Positions 39,304 through 51,557 of a stretch of DNA of 64,000 nucleotides are shown in pieces (position 1 is the first letter of the stretch; each line of letters opens with the position of its first letter). Under the pieces are notes generated by a model, which saw nothing but the letters and a program-made list of their open reading frames with translations, made no database searches and was not told where the DNA came from. A program made the translations under genes and the position numbers. The DNA is from Guillardia theta CCMP2712 (Eukaryota; Protista; Cryptophyta), in the NCBI RefSeq assembly GCF_000315625.1, contig NW_005434606.1, positions 224,740 through 288,739 of the forward strand, read 5' to 3'.

Positions 39304-41391
39304 ATGAGAACTGGACTGAAGCTGCTCACTCACGTTGTGTTGAGCACCCTGGTCCTCTCTTCTGCGCTGCAGACAAGCACGCACAGAAGGCAAGAGGAGC
39401 CGGAGGCGAGGAGGAGGCCGACTTGCTTCTTCCTACCTCTCGCTTCTGCTGCATCCTTCCTGGCGTCGCCGGGCACGGCCTCATGCAGGGTGCAGCGAGT
39501 CGGTAGTGAGCAAGTGGCACGGGTCTGCATGATCGCAGTTCCTCCTGTGCGGCCAGAGGAAGCTTCTCAAGGTGCGGGCGTCAAGGAGCGTATACTGGGG
39601 AGGGTGATGGTCCGAGGATCGGAGGGCAAGAGGGGCTGGGAAGGGAAGAGGACCGAGAGGGCGAAGTCAGTGGCGGAGCTGAAGGAGGTTCCCAACGTTG
39701 TTGGCAGGATGGAGGGGGACAAAAGGGTGAAGAGGAGGGAGGGGAGGCAGAGGAGGCAGATCGATGTGAAGGTGCTGAAAGACCACGGGGTGCACGAGGG
39801 AAAGAGGTTGCAGGTTGTACAGGAGGGGAGCCGCTCGTTCGTCAGGCACGGGGAGGTCATGGTGGAGATCCCAGCGAGCTGGAGCTCCAGAGCAGACGCC
39901 TGCTCGCCCGACTACCTCCACCACCTTCTCAAGCGCAGAATCTCTTCCTGCTCTATCTTGCGAGTGTCGGGACTCCCCAGCAGTGCGACTGAGGAGACGG
40001 TGCAGGAAATCTTCAGGGGGTTTGTGCTGGCAGGAGGGGAAGAAGGGAACGTCGTGATGGAGGAGGGAGGCAAGACTGCCTACGTGAGGATGCTGGACGG
40101 AGAGGAAGCGACAAGAGCATTGAAGCTCAACGGGACGGCAACGGCAGGCGCAACGCTGCTTGTGAGCAAGAGGCTGTGGGGGTTGTCGTGGGAGAAGATG
40201 ATGAAGAGGACGAGGGCGGGTGGCATGACGGCGGCAGAGAGGCTGAGGGAGCTGATGGAGAAGGTAGCTGCTGCACCTCTCTCCTCCAACGTACAGCAGC
40301 TGCTGGATAGGTTCGAGCAGGCTCCGATGGACGTGGTGGAGGGGAGGATGGAAGGAGAAGGCGAGCGGGAAGGGGATGGCACGGGGTTGGACGCTCTGCT
40401 GCAGGGCGAGGGAGTGCGGGAGAGAACGGTTTGCAAGCTGATCTCAGAGTTCGGAAGGAGGGGGGAGCTCGAGCGAGCCTTCGCCGTCTTCCTGTGGACG
40501 ATGAGGGGGAGCAGCCGGCCGAACGTCTTCCACTTCAACGCCATGCTGAGCGCGTGCGGGCGGTGGAAGCGGCTGCCCCTTGCGCTCTCCCTCCTCCGCT
40601 GCATGCGGGAGATGCAGTTGAAGCCTGACGTGTTCACCTTCTCCTCCCTCGTCCAGACTTGTGCGAAGGAGAGGGAGGGGAGGATGGCGATATCGCTCTT
40701 CAGAGAGATGGAGCAGGAGGGGATAGCGCCAAACACTGTTGTCTACAACAACGTGCTCGTGGCCTGCGCAAGAGCCGAGCTGTTCGGGCAGGCGATCTAC
40801 TTCTTTTGGAGGATGAAGGAGGAAGGAATCCCCCCAGACCTCGTCTCCTACTCAGCCATCATCTCTTCCCTGGCGTCCAGGAAAGATCTGAGCTCAGCTC
40901 TGCTTGTACTCAAGGAGATCAGAGGACAAGGCCTCAGGCCGGACAAGCTCATCTACACCAACTTGCTGCATGCGGCGCAGACGAGCCGGAGGCCTCACAA
41001 GGCGATGGAGATCTACGAGCTCATGCTCGACGACGGGCTAGAGCCTGACGCGGTTGTCTTCAGTTGCCTCATCGGGGCGTGGGGGCGTGTGGGGGACTGG
41101 AGGAGAGCGGAGGAAACGTGGAGGCTCTGCAAGAGGACGTTGAGAAAGGAGGAAATTCCGCTGGGCGTCTTCAATGAGCTCATGCGCTCAGCCGCCATGG
41201 CAGGGAGGGCAGATCTAGCTAGGCGCGTGCTAGCAGAGGTCGGGGAGCACGGGCTCGAGCCCTCCCCCTTCATGCTGCGACTGCTCGATAGCTCCGGGCT
41301 CGTGCCGGAGGAGACGCGGCGGCGGGAGGGAGACGAGAGGGGGGAGGATTCTTGTACATGTGTGGACCAACAAGAGAGATTTCCTGTGTAA
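39304..41391 (+). CDS. RRM + pentatricopeptide-repeat (PPR) protein with N-terminal signal peptide
   Basis: RRM: ILRVSGLPSSATEETVQEIF...TAYVRMLDGEEATRALKLNG. 35-aa PPRs: PNVFHFNAMLSAC, PDVFTFSSLVQTC, PNTVVYNNVLVAC, PDLVSYSAIISSL, PDKLIYTNLLHA, PDAVVFSCLIGAW. Confidence 0.9.
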   Translation: MRTGLKLLTHVVLSTLVLSSALQTSTHRRQEEPEARRRPTCFFLPLASAASFLASPGTASCRVQRVGSEQVARVCMIAVPPVRPEEASQGAGVKERILGRVMVRGSEGKRGWEGKRTERAKSVAELKEVPNVVGRMEGDKRVKRREGRQRRQIDVKVLKDHGVHEGKRLQVVQEGSRSFVRHGEVMVEIPASWSSRADACSPDYLHHLLKRRISSCSILRVSGLPSSATEETVQEIFRGFVLAGGEEGNVVMEEGGKTAYVRMLDGEEATRALKLNGTATAGATLLVSKRLWGLSWEKMMKRTRAGGMTAAERLRELMEKVAAAPLSSNVQQLLDRFEQAPMDVVEGRMEGEGEREGDGTGLDALLQGEGVRERTVCKLISEFGRRGELERAFAVFLWTMRGSSRPNVFHFNAMLSACGRWKRLPLALSLLRCMREMQLKPDVFTFSSLVQTCAKEREGRMAISLFREMEQEGIAPNTVVYNNVLVACARAELFGQAIYFFWRMKEEGIPPDLVSYSAIISSLASRKDLSSALLVLKEIRGQGLRPDKLIYTNLLHAAQTSRRPHKAMEIYELMLDDGLEPDAVVFSCLIGAWGRVGDWRRAEETWRLCKRTLRKEEIPLGVFNELMRSAAMAGRADLARRVLAEVGEHGLEPSPFMLRLLDSSGLVPEETRRREGDERGEDSCTCVDQQERFPV

Positions 41392-41490
41392 TACAAGTAG
41401 AACGACTTTTAACAAGACTTGCTGTTATCCTCTCCTCCATCTCGCTCTATCACAATGCGCTTCTTTCTATATATCAGCAGAGGAGGCGCC

Positions 41491-42711
41491 TCAGACGTCG
41501 TCTGGTCTGACCATGATCTGTACAACCGACTCTGATGGAATCTTGGCTTTCTGTAAAGTGCTGCGGCAGCCTGGTTAGCAACCGTCCTCCACACTTCCAC
41601 CCTCTCCTCACTGGGCATCTGTCAACAGTTGTCCTCCAAAGAAGCAGCGCTGGCGAGCAGGAGCAAGGTTTTCTTTCGCCTTTCAAACATTATGTTATCA
41701 CCCCTCCCCTCCTCCCTTTCTCCTCCCCCACCTCTACAAAGGTCTTGAGCTCTCCGATGGTCACGTTGCTCAACCCTGCAGCAGCGTCACGACTCCGGCA
41801 CTCTCTCCTCCCGCTGCTCGTCACTTCCATCCGGCATGCCACTCACCACTCCACTCGAGCTCAGCTCCTGTGCTCAACCGCAGGCGGATCGACATCTCAG
41901 CGAGTTCTTGACTCTCCTCGCTCGTCTTCTCGGCCGTCTCATTCACCGCCGGCAAACTCTCGCTCGACTGGCGCCACCATCATATCAGCCGCCCACCGTC
42001 GCCCCATCCTGAAGAAATGTCTCACCTCATCCTTCACCATGTTCGTTGGCTCCGACAGGCAGTAAGGAGGTATGTCGTACTTGTTACCAAGTTCGTCGTA
42101 AACTACACTGAGGTTGCCGTGCGGCAAACTGCCCTCTATGAGTCAGCACCAGCCAACGATGTGAAAAACTCCTCACGTGACGTTCACAGCCGCCATGATC
42201 GCTTGCGCTGTCTCTGTATCTTCACACTCTGCTGCCGCCCGCAGCGCCTGTCATACAATTTCAATCCTTCAACCCTCTTTCCTGCTCGTGCTCGTGCTCG
42301 TGCTCGTGCTTCTCCTCTCCATCCCCCTTCCAGCACCACCCATCCCAACCTTCCACTTCTTTTCTTCATCGAAACAATCACCACCTCCTCCACCACCTGC
42401 CAGATCTCCGGCTTGCCGTTGAAAGCAGGAGCCGTATCCCAGAATTCATCTCTCTTGGACAAGAGCTGTCCTCTCGTCATGGGGTGATCTGCATTCCACA
42501 CAGGAGGTTTCCTGCACAGGAGCTTGTTCCCTGGTCCTGGTCCTGATCTGCCATCAACGCCTGCCACAAGCACAGGGGGGTCACCTTCCCCAGTTGGGCG
42601 ATTGGTCCTATGCGGCCGCCTCCCCCCATCAGACGAGTTATTGTTGTCAGCTTGAACCACCTCGTGCTCTTCGCTTGTCTGGCTTGTCGGTTTGAAGCAG
42701 CACGCGCCCAT
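41491..42711 (-). CDS. UBTD: Ubiquitin domain-containing protein (UBTD1/2, DC-UbP family; spliced)
   Basis: MGACC acylation-type N-terminus; [60 protein letters not shown]; Ubl end IRLRLSTG...KIPSESVVQIMVRPDDV*. Confidence 0.9.
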
Positions 42712-43499
42712 GATGAGATGTAAACAACAAGAGCGCTCTCGATTCAACAAGTCATAGCATCAAAATATCTACCAGCGCGACTATCCCGTTCAACGATCCT
42801 GAGCACGCACGTTGAGTCAGACCGAATCAGATCTCTTAGGTACCACTTCGAGGTTCACGATCACATGCCGCGTTAGAGTCTCTCGTCAAACAAAGTTCGA
42901 TCAGATTTCCATACCATCCTCAAGGAATCGAATCGCTACATGTTACACGAGGACATGACAGTGCTACCCATCGCCGGACTCCCTCAATCATCACTACTGC
43001 TTCATTCCTCTTGAGACATATCTTCCAGTAGAAGTCGCAGTGAGCTGCTCTGCATTTCCACTGATGTTTGTTTTGCATTCCTCCTCTTCCTCAACCACTA
43101 TCATCTCCTACACCACCATACACTCATCTCTGTCATTTTCTTCTTATCCTCAAGATCGATTCAATTCAACAATCCCTGTCTTCTCATAGTCAAGTCTCTT
43201 CCCTCGTCGATGTCCCATCGCAGTGCTCGCATGACGGTCCTGAACGCGCTGCAGCAGGCTGTTGCTGCACACGACAGGCAGGAGCTAAGGGCGCTATCCT
43301 TCCCAGGAATCGGCAGCACTCGTTTCCCCCATTCATCATTGTCTGCATGTTTCCTCCTCCTGCTCCTCCTCCTGCTCCTCCTGCTCCTCCTCCCTCCCTC
43401 TTCAATGGCAGGTATGCGACGCTAGCCATGCGACTGACCGAAGTGGTCAGGACATAGAGATGGCGTATTTCTAAAAGAGCAGTTTTTGAACCTGATTAG

Positions 43500-44000
43500 A
43501 TGTACAAATTAAATTATTATATAATTAATTTTGAATCAAATTTGGTAGCGAGGTAACATAAAATGTTTTAGAAATCGTTTATCCACGCCAACTAGACTTG
43601 GAATGTTTCCAGAGCGACAAACTGGTTCAGACCCACCCTTCGCCCCCTCTCTGGGCTTTGAAGTGATCATAGCCAATATATCATAGTGCTCCAATCGAAA
43701 AACTTCCAATGCATGCACGGGGGTAAATGGAGGATGCAGAGGAGCGGTTGGTATTAGAGGCCCTTCAAGCACTACCAAACCATTTCATGTACCATTAAAA
43801 TAATTATATGTTACATATGTGGTACAAGGGATCCACAAATGCAGTACCAACTCTGATGTGCTACAGGAAAAATTGTACCAGAATATTTTAGACTTTTAAA
43901 ATTGTTGATTCTGGTACATTTTTTTCAATATTTTTGTACTGTAACGTTTACTCAATCAAAAACCTTTGGTTTGGTTCTGTTTCTTTTTCTTTTTACATGG
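43500..44000. repeat. AT-rich GTAC-type island
   Basis: tgtaccagaat/attctggtaca inverted pair (43874-43918); many gtac words. Confidence 0.5.
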
Positions 44001-44009
44001 ACTTGTAAA

Positions 44010-44390
44010 ACCCGGGCCGGAATGACCGCCCGGGACCAGGCTGACGAAGGGGCCCCGGGGGCGATCGGCCTGTACTACTGAGTGACTAGTCGCCTCACAA
44101 GGCGGCCATCCGCCCGGCCTGGCAGGCTCGCCTGAGCCTGTGGCACAGGCCCGTGCCCGGGGGCCTCCTCAGTTAATCTGACTCCGGGAGTTAAGTTACT
44201 GGAAAGGTTCAGTGGAGTGTGACCATGATGACAGTCAGTTGTTGTGCGGACTCAGGTCCGACGGCCCAGCCCGTCAACGGTCAAGATGACCGGGTGGCCA
44301 CAGACAGTTGTAACATCACTTGAAAGGACTGGAAGGAGTCAAGGGCCGATTCGCAGCCTTGTGAGTTTCAGGCTGTACTGACTCGTGACA
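44010..44390. repeat. GC-rich hairpin-mosaic island E
   Basis: Chained hairpins caggctc-gcct-gagcctg (44123-44140) and gcctgtg-g-cacaggc (44136-44150). Confidence 0.65.
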
Positions 44391-47300
44391 AAGAACAGAT
44401 GCGGACAATGAGGAAACACACTAGAAGTCTCCAGCGCCCCAATCGTCATCGTCTCCAAGTTCAAGTTCCTGTTGACGCAACGTCAAATAAATCCTCGGAC
44501 CCGATCAAAAGTACCTTTGCCAGATCCTCCAATGACTGCTCGGCAGCATCCTTGGGCTGAGCTGCTGCTGTCCAAAGGTTATGTACCATCAAGAGCAAGG
44601 AGAACGGCATGGTACAAAGACAGGATTACTGCATACACCTACCGGCTGCCGCTGCTGCCGCTGCTGCTGCTGCTGCCTCCTTGGCTTCTTTGTCGGCGCG
44701 AGCCTGCTTCCAGGCTTAAAACACCTAGGGCACGAGAAAGCAAGCTTCACCTTCGCTTCCGCAGCTTCCTGTTCTGCTTTCGCTTTCGCTTCTGCTGCCT
44801 CCTGCGGTAGCATAAAATCATAATCAAGATCGTCGTCCTCCATCAACATTTCACCTTTGCCTTTGCTTCAGCTTCTGCCTTTGCCTTTGCTTCAGCTTCT
44901 GCCTTTGCCTTTGCTTCAGCTTCTGCCTTTGCCTTTGCTTCAGCTTCTGCCTTTGCCTTTGCTTCAGCTTCTGCCTTTGCCTTTGCTTCAGCTTCTGCCT
45001 TTGCCTTTGCTTCAGCTTCTGCCTTTGCCTTGGCTGCAGCATCTGCCTTAGCTGCCTCATCCTTTGCCTTTGCCTCTGCCTCCGCTTTGGCCGCTGCAGC
45101 CTTTGCCTCTGCCTCTGCCTTGGCGGCATCAGCTTTCGCCTTTGCTGCCGCCTGCGATTCGGTCAGATCATCACAAGAGAGAATCTGCGCAGACTACTTC
45201 CGCCTCCTTCTTCGCCGCCGCCTCCTGCCAAACATTCAACGGTCATACATGGCTGAAAAAGTAAACTCACAGCATCAGCATCACGCTCGGCCGCCTTGTC
45301 CTGCAACACACGAACAAGAATCGTAATCAGTTCTTGACTCGATGCGCTCAAACAAGATCAACATCAAGGGTAAGCCAAGGGGTTGGGGGGGGGGGGTAGC
45401 AGCTCAGGCTCCTCACCTCGCTCTTAGCTGATGACTCGACAGTATCCTGGTTGCTCGCCTTGGATGGCTGGGGGAAGGCCTCGGGGGGCAGCTGGTCGAC
45501 GCTCTGGCCCGATTCACGGATGGCATCGATGACGTTTTCTCCGAGGCGGGTAGAATACTGCAGGTACTGCGAGGCCGGCTTGCGGGTCTTGACCTCTTGG
45601 TTGAAGTTATGCTCGGCAATCAGCCCGAGGTCGAAGTCCGGGAAGAGGTTCGGGTAGCTGACAGGGTCGGAGAGCGACTCGGCTGCTTTCTCATTAATCC
45701 CCTTAAGGTCCTCCTTCCACAGGTCCACCATCTTGGTAACCTGACTGGGGAGGTAGGTGCGGGCAAAGAAGGCAGCTTCCGGTATCCTCCCCGTTGCGCA
45801 CAACAGATTCAAGCACTCCATCTTGTCCCCAAGTAGAAAGTTGCAGAGGAATGCAATGTTGGTCCTGCCAGCATCCGCGGAGTCCTTCGCCAGCTGGCGC
45901 ATCCCATCGTAGTCTCCTTGACATGAGTACAGCAGCAGTTGAGCTGAGTGGTCCTTTGCACGGCTGAGACACTCGATCGCCAGTTCAAAGTTTCCGGCGG
46001 CCAGGACGAGGTCACCAAGCTGTTTCCATTTCGTGTCGGATTCAGATTCCTTGACGATGGCATAGCACTCTTCGAGTTTGCCCAACCCAACAGCAAGTTC
46101 GAATCTGCAGCGCAAAGTCGGTCAACAAACAGGAGCAGCACCGCAACTAGTTTCACACCTGTAATCTGGATCGGTGGCAATCTGGAGCGCTTCTTCCTTC
46201 AATCCCTGTGCCTCCAAGAACCTTGCGACCTTGTTTCTGTGATCGCTGGGGATGGAAGGAAGGATGGATGCCGCTGTCTCGAAGTCCCTTCGGACGATAC
46301 ATGTCTTATACTCGAGAACTGAAAGCAAGAGCTCAAACGAGACGATATTAAATTCTTTGTCAATCAGGTACAGACGATTTTCCTTGGCCATGTACCTGGT
46401 AGGAAACGTCAGAAATGCCATACACACTACTGAAGGGTGTCATGTATACCCGAGCAGGTACATCCTTCGATCCAGATGGTGCAAAGTTTGAACTTCACCG
46501 CCCACACAATAATTCAGCCGATCGTTTCCATTGGTGTAGACAAAGCAGTCTCCAAGCCATTTTCCAGTGGATATCCTCTCCTGGACTTCATAAACAGGCT
46601 ATACAAACAACTTCAGCATCCATCGAAAACTCAAGACAGCGTAAGCACCTCAAACGCTCCTTCACAACCATCCTCGTCATCTCCACCCTGTACCCAAAAC
46701 AGCTGTCAAAACTCCAGCTAGACACCAAGGAACCTATACCTGTTCGAGGTACTGCACTACAGCATCCTTGTCATGCTTCAAGACGAACATAGAGGTATCG
46801 GAGGCGATGGCACAGAGCTGTGAAGACTCGCTCCAGAAGACATTCCTCACGTTGACATCGATCCTTCTGACAGGTGACCCACTCTCCCAGTCATAGAAGA
46901 AGATGAAATCCTGTCCTGACCGACACCTGAACCCTTATCAATCACAAAGAGACCAGAGAGATGCGGGTACCCGAGCATAGCTCCTCCGTAGATTGCGTCC
47001 ACGGTGTACGAGATGGACAAAGTCTGACGCTCCTTGAAATCCCTGTAAAGTTTAACTTTTGAAGGGCCTTCACGAGTTGCATAGTCGCCATTGTGAGCCC
47101 AGACAACGTCCATGGCGTTTCCAAAACTCTTGTTACGCCAGGCCAGCGCAGTGTAGATGATATACTCTCCATCTCCGCACACAACAGCAACACGACCTTT
47201 CGGGTCATGTTTCAACTTCTGTGGATAGATCTCACAGTTTCCAAGCTCCTTCACAACTAGAGGGAGTCTCTCGCCATCTTGAATTTCACCCTGAGCGGAT

Positions 47301-48337
47301 TTCACATTGACCATCTGGATTTCATTGTGCTTCGCCCAAATAATCTTTCCTCCCTGGTCCATGCTGGCCACTGGCTGCTCCTTTCCGAGCTTGATCATCA
47401 CCGATCCATCATCGTATCCCAGCGCAACTCTGTTAGACCCCTTCTTGCATGCAATAGACCACACTCGCTCCATGCCGTAGTTGAGAGTGTTCTCCAAGTT
47501 GAAGGTGTTGGAGTGGAAGATACGCACAGCGCCGTCTTCTGATCCCGTGATGATCAGAGGAAGGTCAGGGTGGAATGCCACACATGACACGTTGTGCGAG
47601 TGATCTGACAAGGTCTGTACGCAAGTTCTTGCCTGGTAATCCCACACCTTCACCGTCTTGTCGTCGGCGCCGCTGATAAGGTAGGGTTTGTCACCGCCGG
47701 AGAAATAGTCGATGCAGTTCACTCCCTTCTCATGGCCCTCAAGGGTGAAGTGAGGGTTGGGAGAGTTCAGCCCCCAGACCTTGATTGTTCTGTCGAGCGA
47801 TGCGGACGCGAAGGTGTTGGGGTCTTTGGGGTTGAACACAACCTGCATGACATAGTGCGAGTGGCCCTCGTACATCTGCTTGCACTCCCAGTTCTTCTCC
47901 CAGTCCCAGATCTTGATCGTCATGTCATCTGAGCAAGTAACCACGTACGGGAGCTGCGGGTGGACAGCAACGCAGCGGAGGTAGTCAGAGTGCGCTTCGA
48001 AAGTCTTGATCTTCTCCATGGTGTTGTAGTTAAACACGCGCACGTTGAGGTCGTCGGAGCCGCAAACGATCCACTGCTTCCTGGCGATGAACTTGGACGA
48101 TCTTACTGGCAGCTCCGTCACTTCGAACGTCTTGAGAAGAGTCTGCGTCTGGAAGTTCCACAAGTGAACGTGCCCATTGTACAAGCTGCAAGCTGCAAGT
48201 CAGGGAGCGGGCAGATCAACAACCGCAAGGATCGCTTGCCTGCACAGCATCCATGGCTCATCAGGATGCACGTCGACTGACTTCACTCGGTCAGAGCGAG
48301 AGGTCAGCTTCCTTCGGATGTTAAGGCGGAGGGGCAT
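44339..48337 (-). CDS. COPB2: Coatomer subunit beta' (beta'-COP, SEC27) (spliced; exact stop uncertain)
   Basis: [25 protein letters not shown] start; WD40 repeats ([42 protein letters not shown]); [12 protein letters not shown]; KWKQLGDL; [15 protein letters not shown]; [17 protein letters not shown]. Confidence 0.97.
44855..45030 (-). repeat. Coding 24-bp tandem repeat (about 7 copies, AKAEAEAK) in the beta'-COP tail
   Basis: Unit ctttgcctttgcttcagcttctgc on +; lies in an exon bounded by cgcag and gtgaaa on the minus strand. Confidence 0.85.
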
Positions 48338-49713
48338 GCTTGCAAGACCACCACTGCAGGTCCTGGTAAGTGGGGGAGAGGAACCGCAGGAGGAGGAGAC
48401 CTTGGGAGTTTAAGAGGTAAGCTTGCAAATCAAATCCACCCAACCTGGAGCACAAGATGAGAGGATTGAACTAGACCTCAGAGGCTATTAAGGCCATAGC
48501 AAACTTTAGCAAGGATTCACTTTAGCAAGGCAAACACTTCTCATATAAGAGGTAGAAGTCATTCATGAACCCCAGAGACGTGCCTGGCTGCAGCTCCTAC
48601 CTTCGAGTCCCTTTCTACCAACAACGAAACTTACTTCAAGATTCGCTCCCCTATCATTCCCTGCCTGTTTCCTTCATTGACCTTCCGCATGAGCTTTCGC
48701 CCAGCCTTTGGGATCGGGTCGACCTGACCTGCTCTTCATCTGCCATGAAACGCCTCTAGCATTCTCTTCCTGGATCGGTCAAGCCATATCCTTGCTTCCT
48801 CCTCCTCCCTCCTCCCCCACTTCTACCTCCTCCCTCCTCCACAAGCCGATCCCCCCTCTCTTCCTCCTCCCATCTACAGTCGCCTTCCTGACATATTTCC
48901 GTCAAAGATTCCGGGAGTTCAAATCATCTATCAATCTCTATGAAAATTGATGAAATACATATGAGACAAATTGAATTAATAGACTTATTTTCAAAATATC
49001 TAAACGTTCTGCCCCCACCGGAATTATTATCTCAGATGCCAACTCACCCGCCGCCGCGCTTAAAAAAAAGCGTTACCAGCGTTACGAAAGCACAAACCAG
49101 ACCGTTATTTTGACGGTTAAAGACCAATAGAGAGAAGGGCGCCATGGCGGGAAAGTTCGTGAGAGAGAAGGCAGGGGAGGATGGTGGGCTGACCAGGGAG
49201 GGGAGGAGGAAGAGAGAGGGAGAGAGAGAGGAGGAGGGTGATCAGGGGGAGGAGACGGAGTGTACACTTGCGACTCTCTGAACGATGCGTACATGCTGCC
49301 CTTACAGCCATCGCCCTCCAGTACCGATACATCAAGAGCGAGTAATGCGTCTGATCAGCATGCACACGGACTTCTCCATGTTGTCACGAGGAAGATGCTG
49401 CCATATCAACCCACACAAGTGCTGATATCATGCCACAATGCTGACAAGGCTCTGCATGACTTGACTTCTATCACTCACCATATCACCTGAGTCGATGCGA
49501 CCAGTAACTCATTCATGCTCAAACCAACATTTCCCCTCACATATACATTAGAATATTCGCTGTGTCAAAGGCCAGAAAGAGTTGCCGTCAGTCGAAAGCA
49601 TCAATTCAGTTCTTATGGATCATGCCATAGGATTTCACCAGAGAAAGATTCCATTGCCGGATGACAATGGTGCCGTCTTGACGTAATTGGACAGGTTAAC
49701 TTGTTTTTCTCCC

Positions 49714-51518
49714 ATGGCCGACGACGCTTGGGTTTCGTACCTGCAATCACCCAAGTCTCCTTCCATGGTTCGATTGCCATCCTATTTTTCCTCCCTTCAT
49801 ACCCTTCCCTTCCCCCTCCCCCTTCCCGATCTTCCTTCTTGTATGTATTTTCTTCTCTCCCTCCCTCGCCTCACCTCTTCCTCTTCCGGTCTAATCTATT
49901 CAGCTTGACTTTTTCTTATCCTCCTCTCCCTCCTTCTTCCTCCATCCCGTTCATTTGAAGATTCCGGTACTGAAGCAGTTCGAACTAGGACGCGTCCATC
50001 GAGGACACCAGCATAACTCTTCTTCACGAGTCGCGGTCGCAGCGAGCTCCCCATGACGACCGCAGCCTTCTTCTGGCGAATTCGCCCTCCTCAGGCTTCA
50101 GCTCCCACTGCCCGTATGTGAGTAGCAGCAACCTTCAGTCGTCGTGCCAGGTCTGTTTGCTCGCTCAGACTCCCCGACTGGCTCTCAAGTCTTGTCCAGG
50201 TCATCAACGATGCTCTTAGAACTTACGGTCTTCCTGGCCCCATCGAGCTTCCTGCTGTGAGAGCCATGCGTGCCCTACTCTGCAGACCCTTCGCGAGCCT
50301 TACGATCCCTTCTGCGATCTCGATAACCTGCTCTTGCTCGGAACGCACTTCACCATAGCTGCTCCTGCTCCAGCAACGCCAAGTCTTCCATCTTCAAGTC
50401 TCTGACCACCTGCCCCTGCAGAACTCTTCGTCGAAATGCACTGTGATGGCAAACGTGCTGTACGCTCTGTTACAACACCGAAGCCAAGTCGATGAGCAGC
50501 TGAAGGAGCAGAGTGAGGATATTAAGAAGGTTCTTGCTCCTGATGCCGATGTTGGGCTGACCCGTGCATGCTCTCCAGCTCCAGTTCGACCTGAATGTCG
50601 CGCGAAACAACCAGCTGAAACTGAAAGAACAAGTTGCCTCAACGTTCCTGCGTCATGTTTGCTCACCCTCTCTGCAACAGCTGAAGTCCAAGGAGGAGGA
50701 TTGCAAGAGGTTGTACCAGCAGCTCTCAGAAGCGAGTGAGTGTGTCGTGGCCCCTGAACTCTGCCATGTCACTGACAAGCATGCCGCAGCCCTGCAACAC
50801 AAGAAGGAGAAGAGCAAGATCTTGCAGGAGAAGGAGAAATCAGCTGCAGGTTCGTCATAGATCGTGTGGAAGTGACGAGGGTGCTGTGGATTGGGGGAGG
50901 TCGTATTGAGGACATTGGGCAGAGAAAGAAGCAGTGCAGAAAGAAACTGGTGCAACTTAGTCCCAAAGCACAGGAGGAGGATACAGTGGTGACCGAGTAG
51001 TAGAGGAAGTCGGGGGAAGAAGTTTGATAGGAGGAGCAGTGGAGCAGGAAAAGGGAAGGAAGAGAGGGGCAGGAGGCTGAGAAGAAGAGGAAGAGAGAAG
51101 GAGAGGAGGGGGAGCTCTGACTTATACGATCCATCAGAGAAGACCGCGATGCAGCACAGAGACTCTCAGCTCCAGCACGCCATGAGGAAGTTGGAGCAGC
51201 AGCGCGAGAAACTGCAGGAGCGTGTCAAGCAGCTCATCGACCAGAGAGACCGCCAGCTTAAGGTTTTCCCAGCTGCACCTCAGCTCGACTCTCGTCAAAA
51301 CATCTCTTCAGGCAGGGATTGAGATGTCTACGAAGCTGACTACCAAAGACGAGCTTAACAAGAGGTGCTGTGCTGCCCTCACCAGTTTTCTCTCCTCCCC
51401 CTCCCCTTCCTCCCCTCCCTTCACTTCATCTCAAAAGCTGCTCTCCTGTTCAATTTGTTATTGTATTGTTGCTACATGCCCCCTCTCCGAGACAAGATGT
51501 CGTCCTCGTCCTTGTCCG

Positions 51519-51557
<39 letters not shown>

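Noticed and set aside
43190-43457. Macro-domain-like fragment (LNALQQAV...RALSFPGIGST)
   Set aside because: Resembles the SIAFPAIGTG motif but is too short, and I could not splice a coherent upstream part; at most a remnant.
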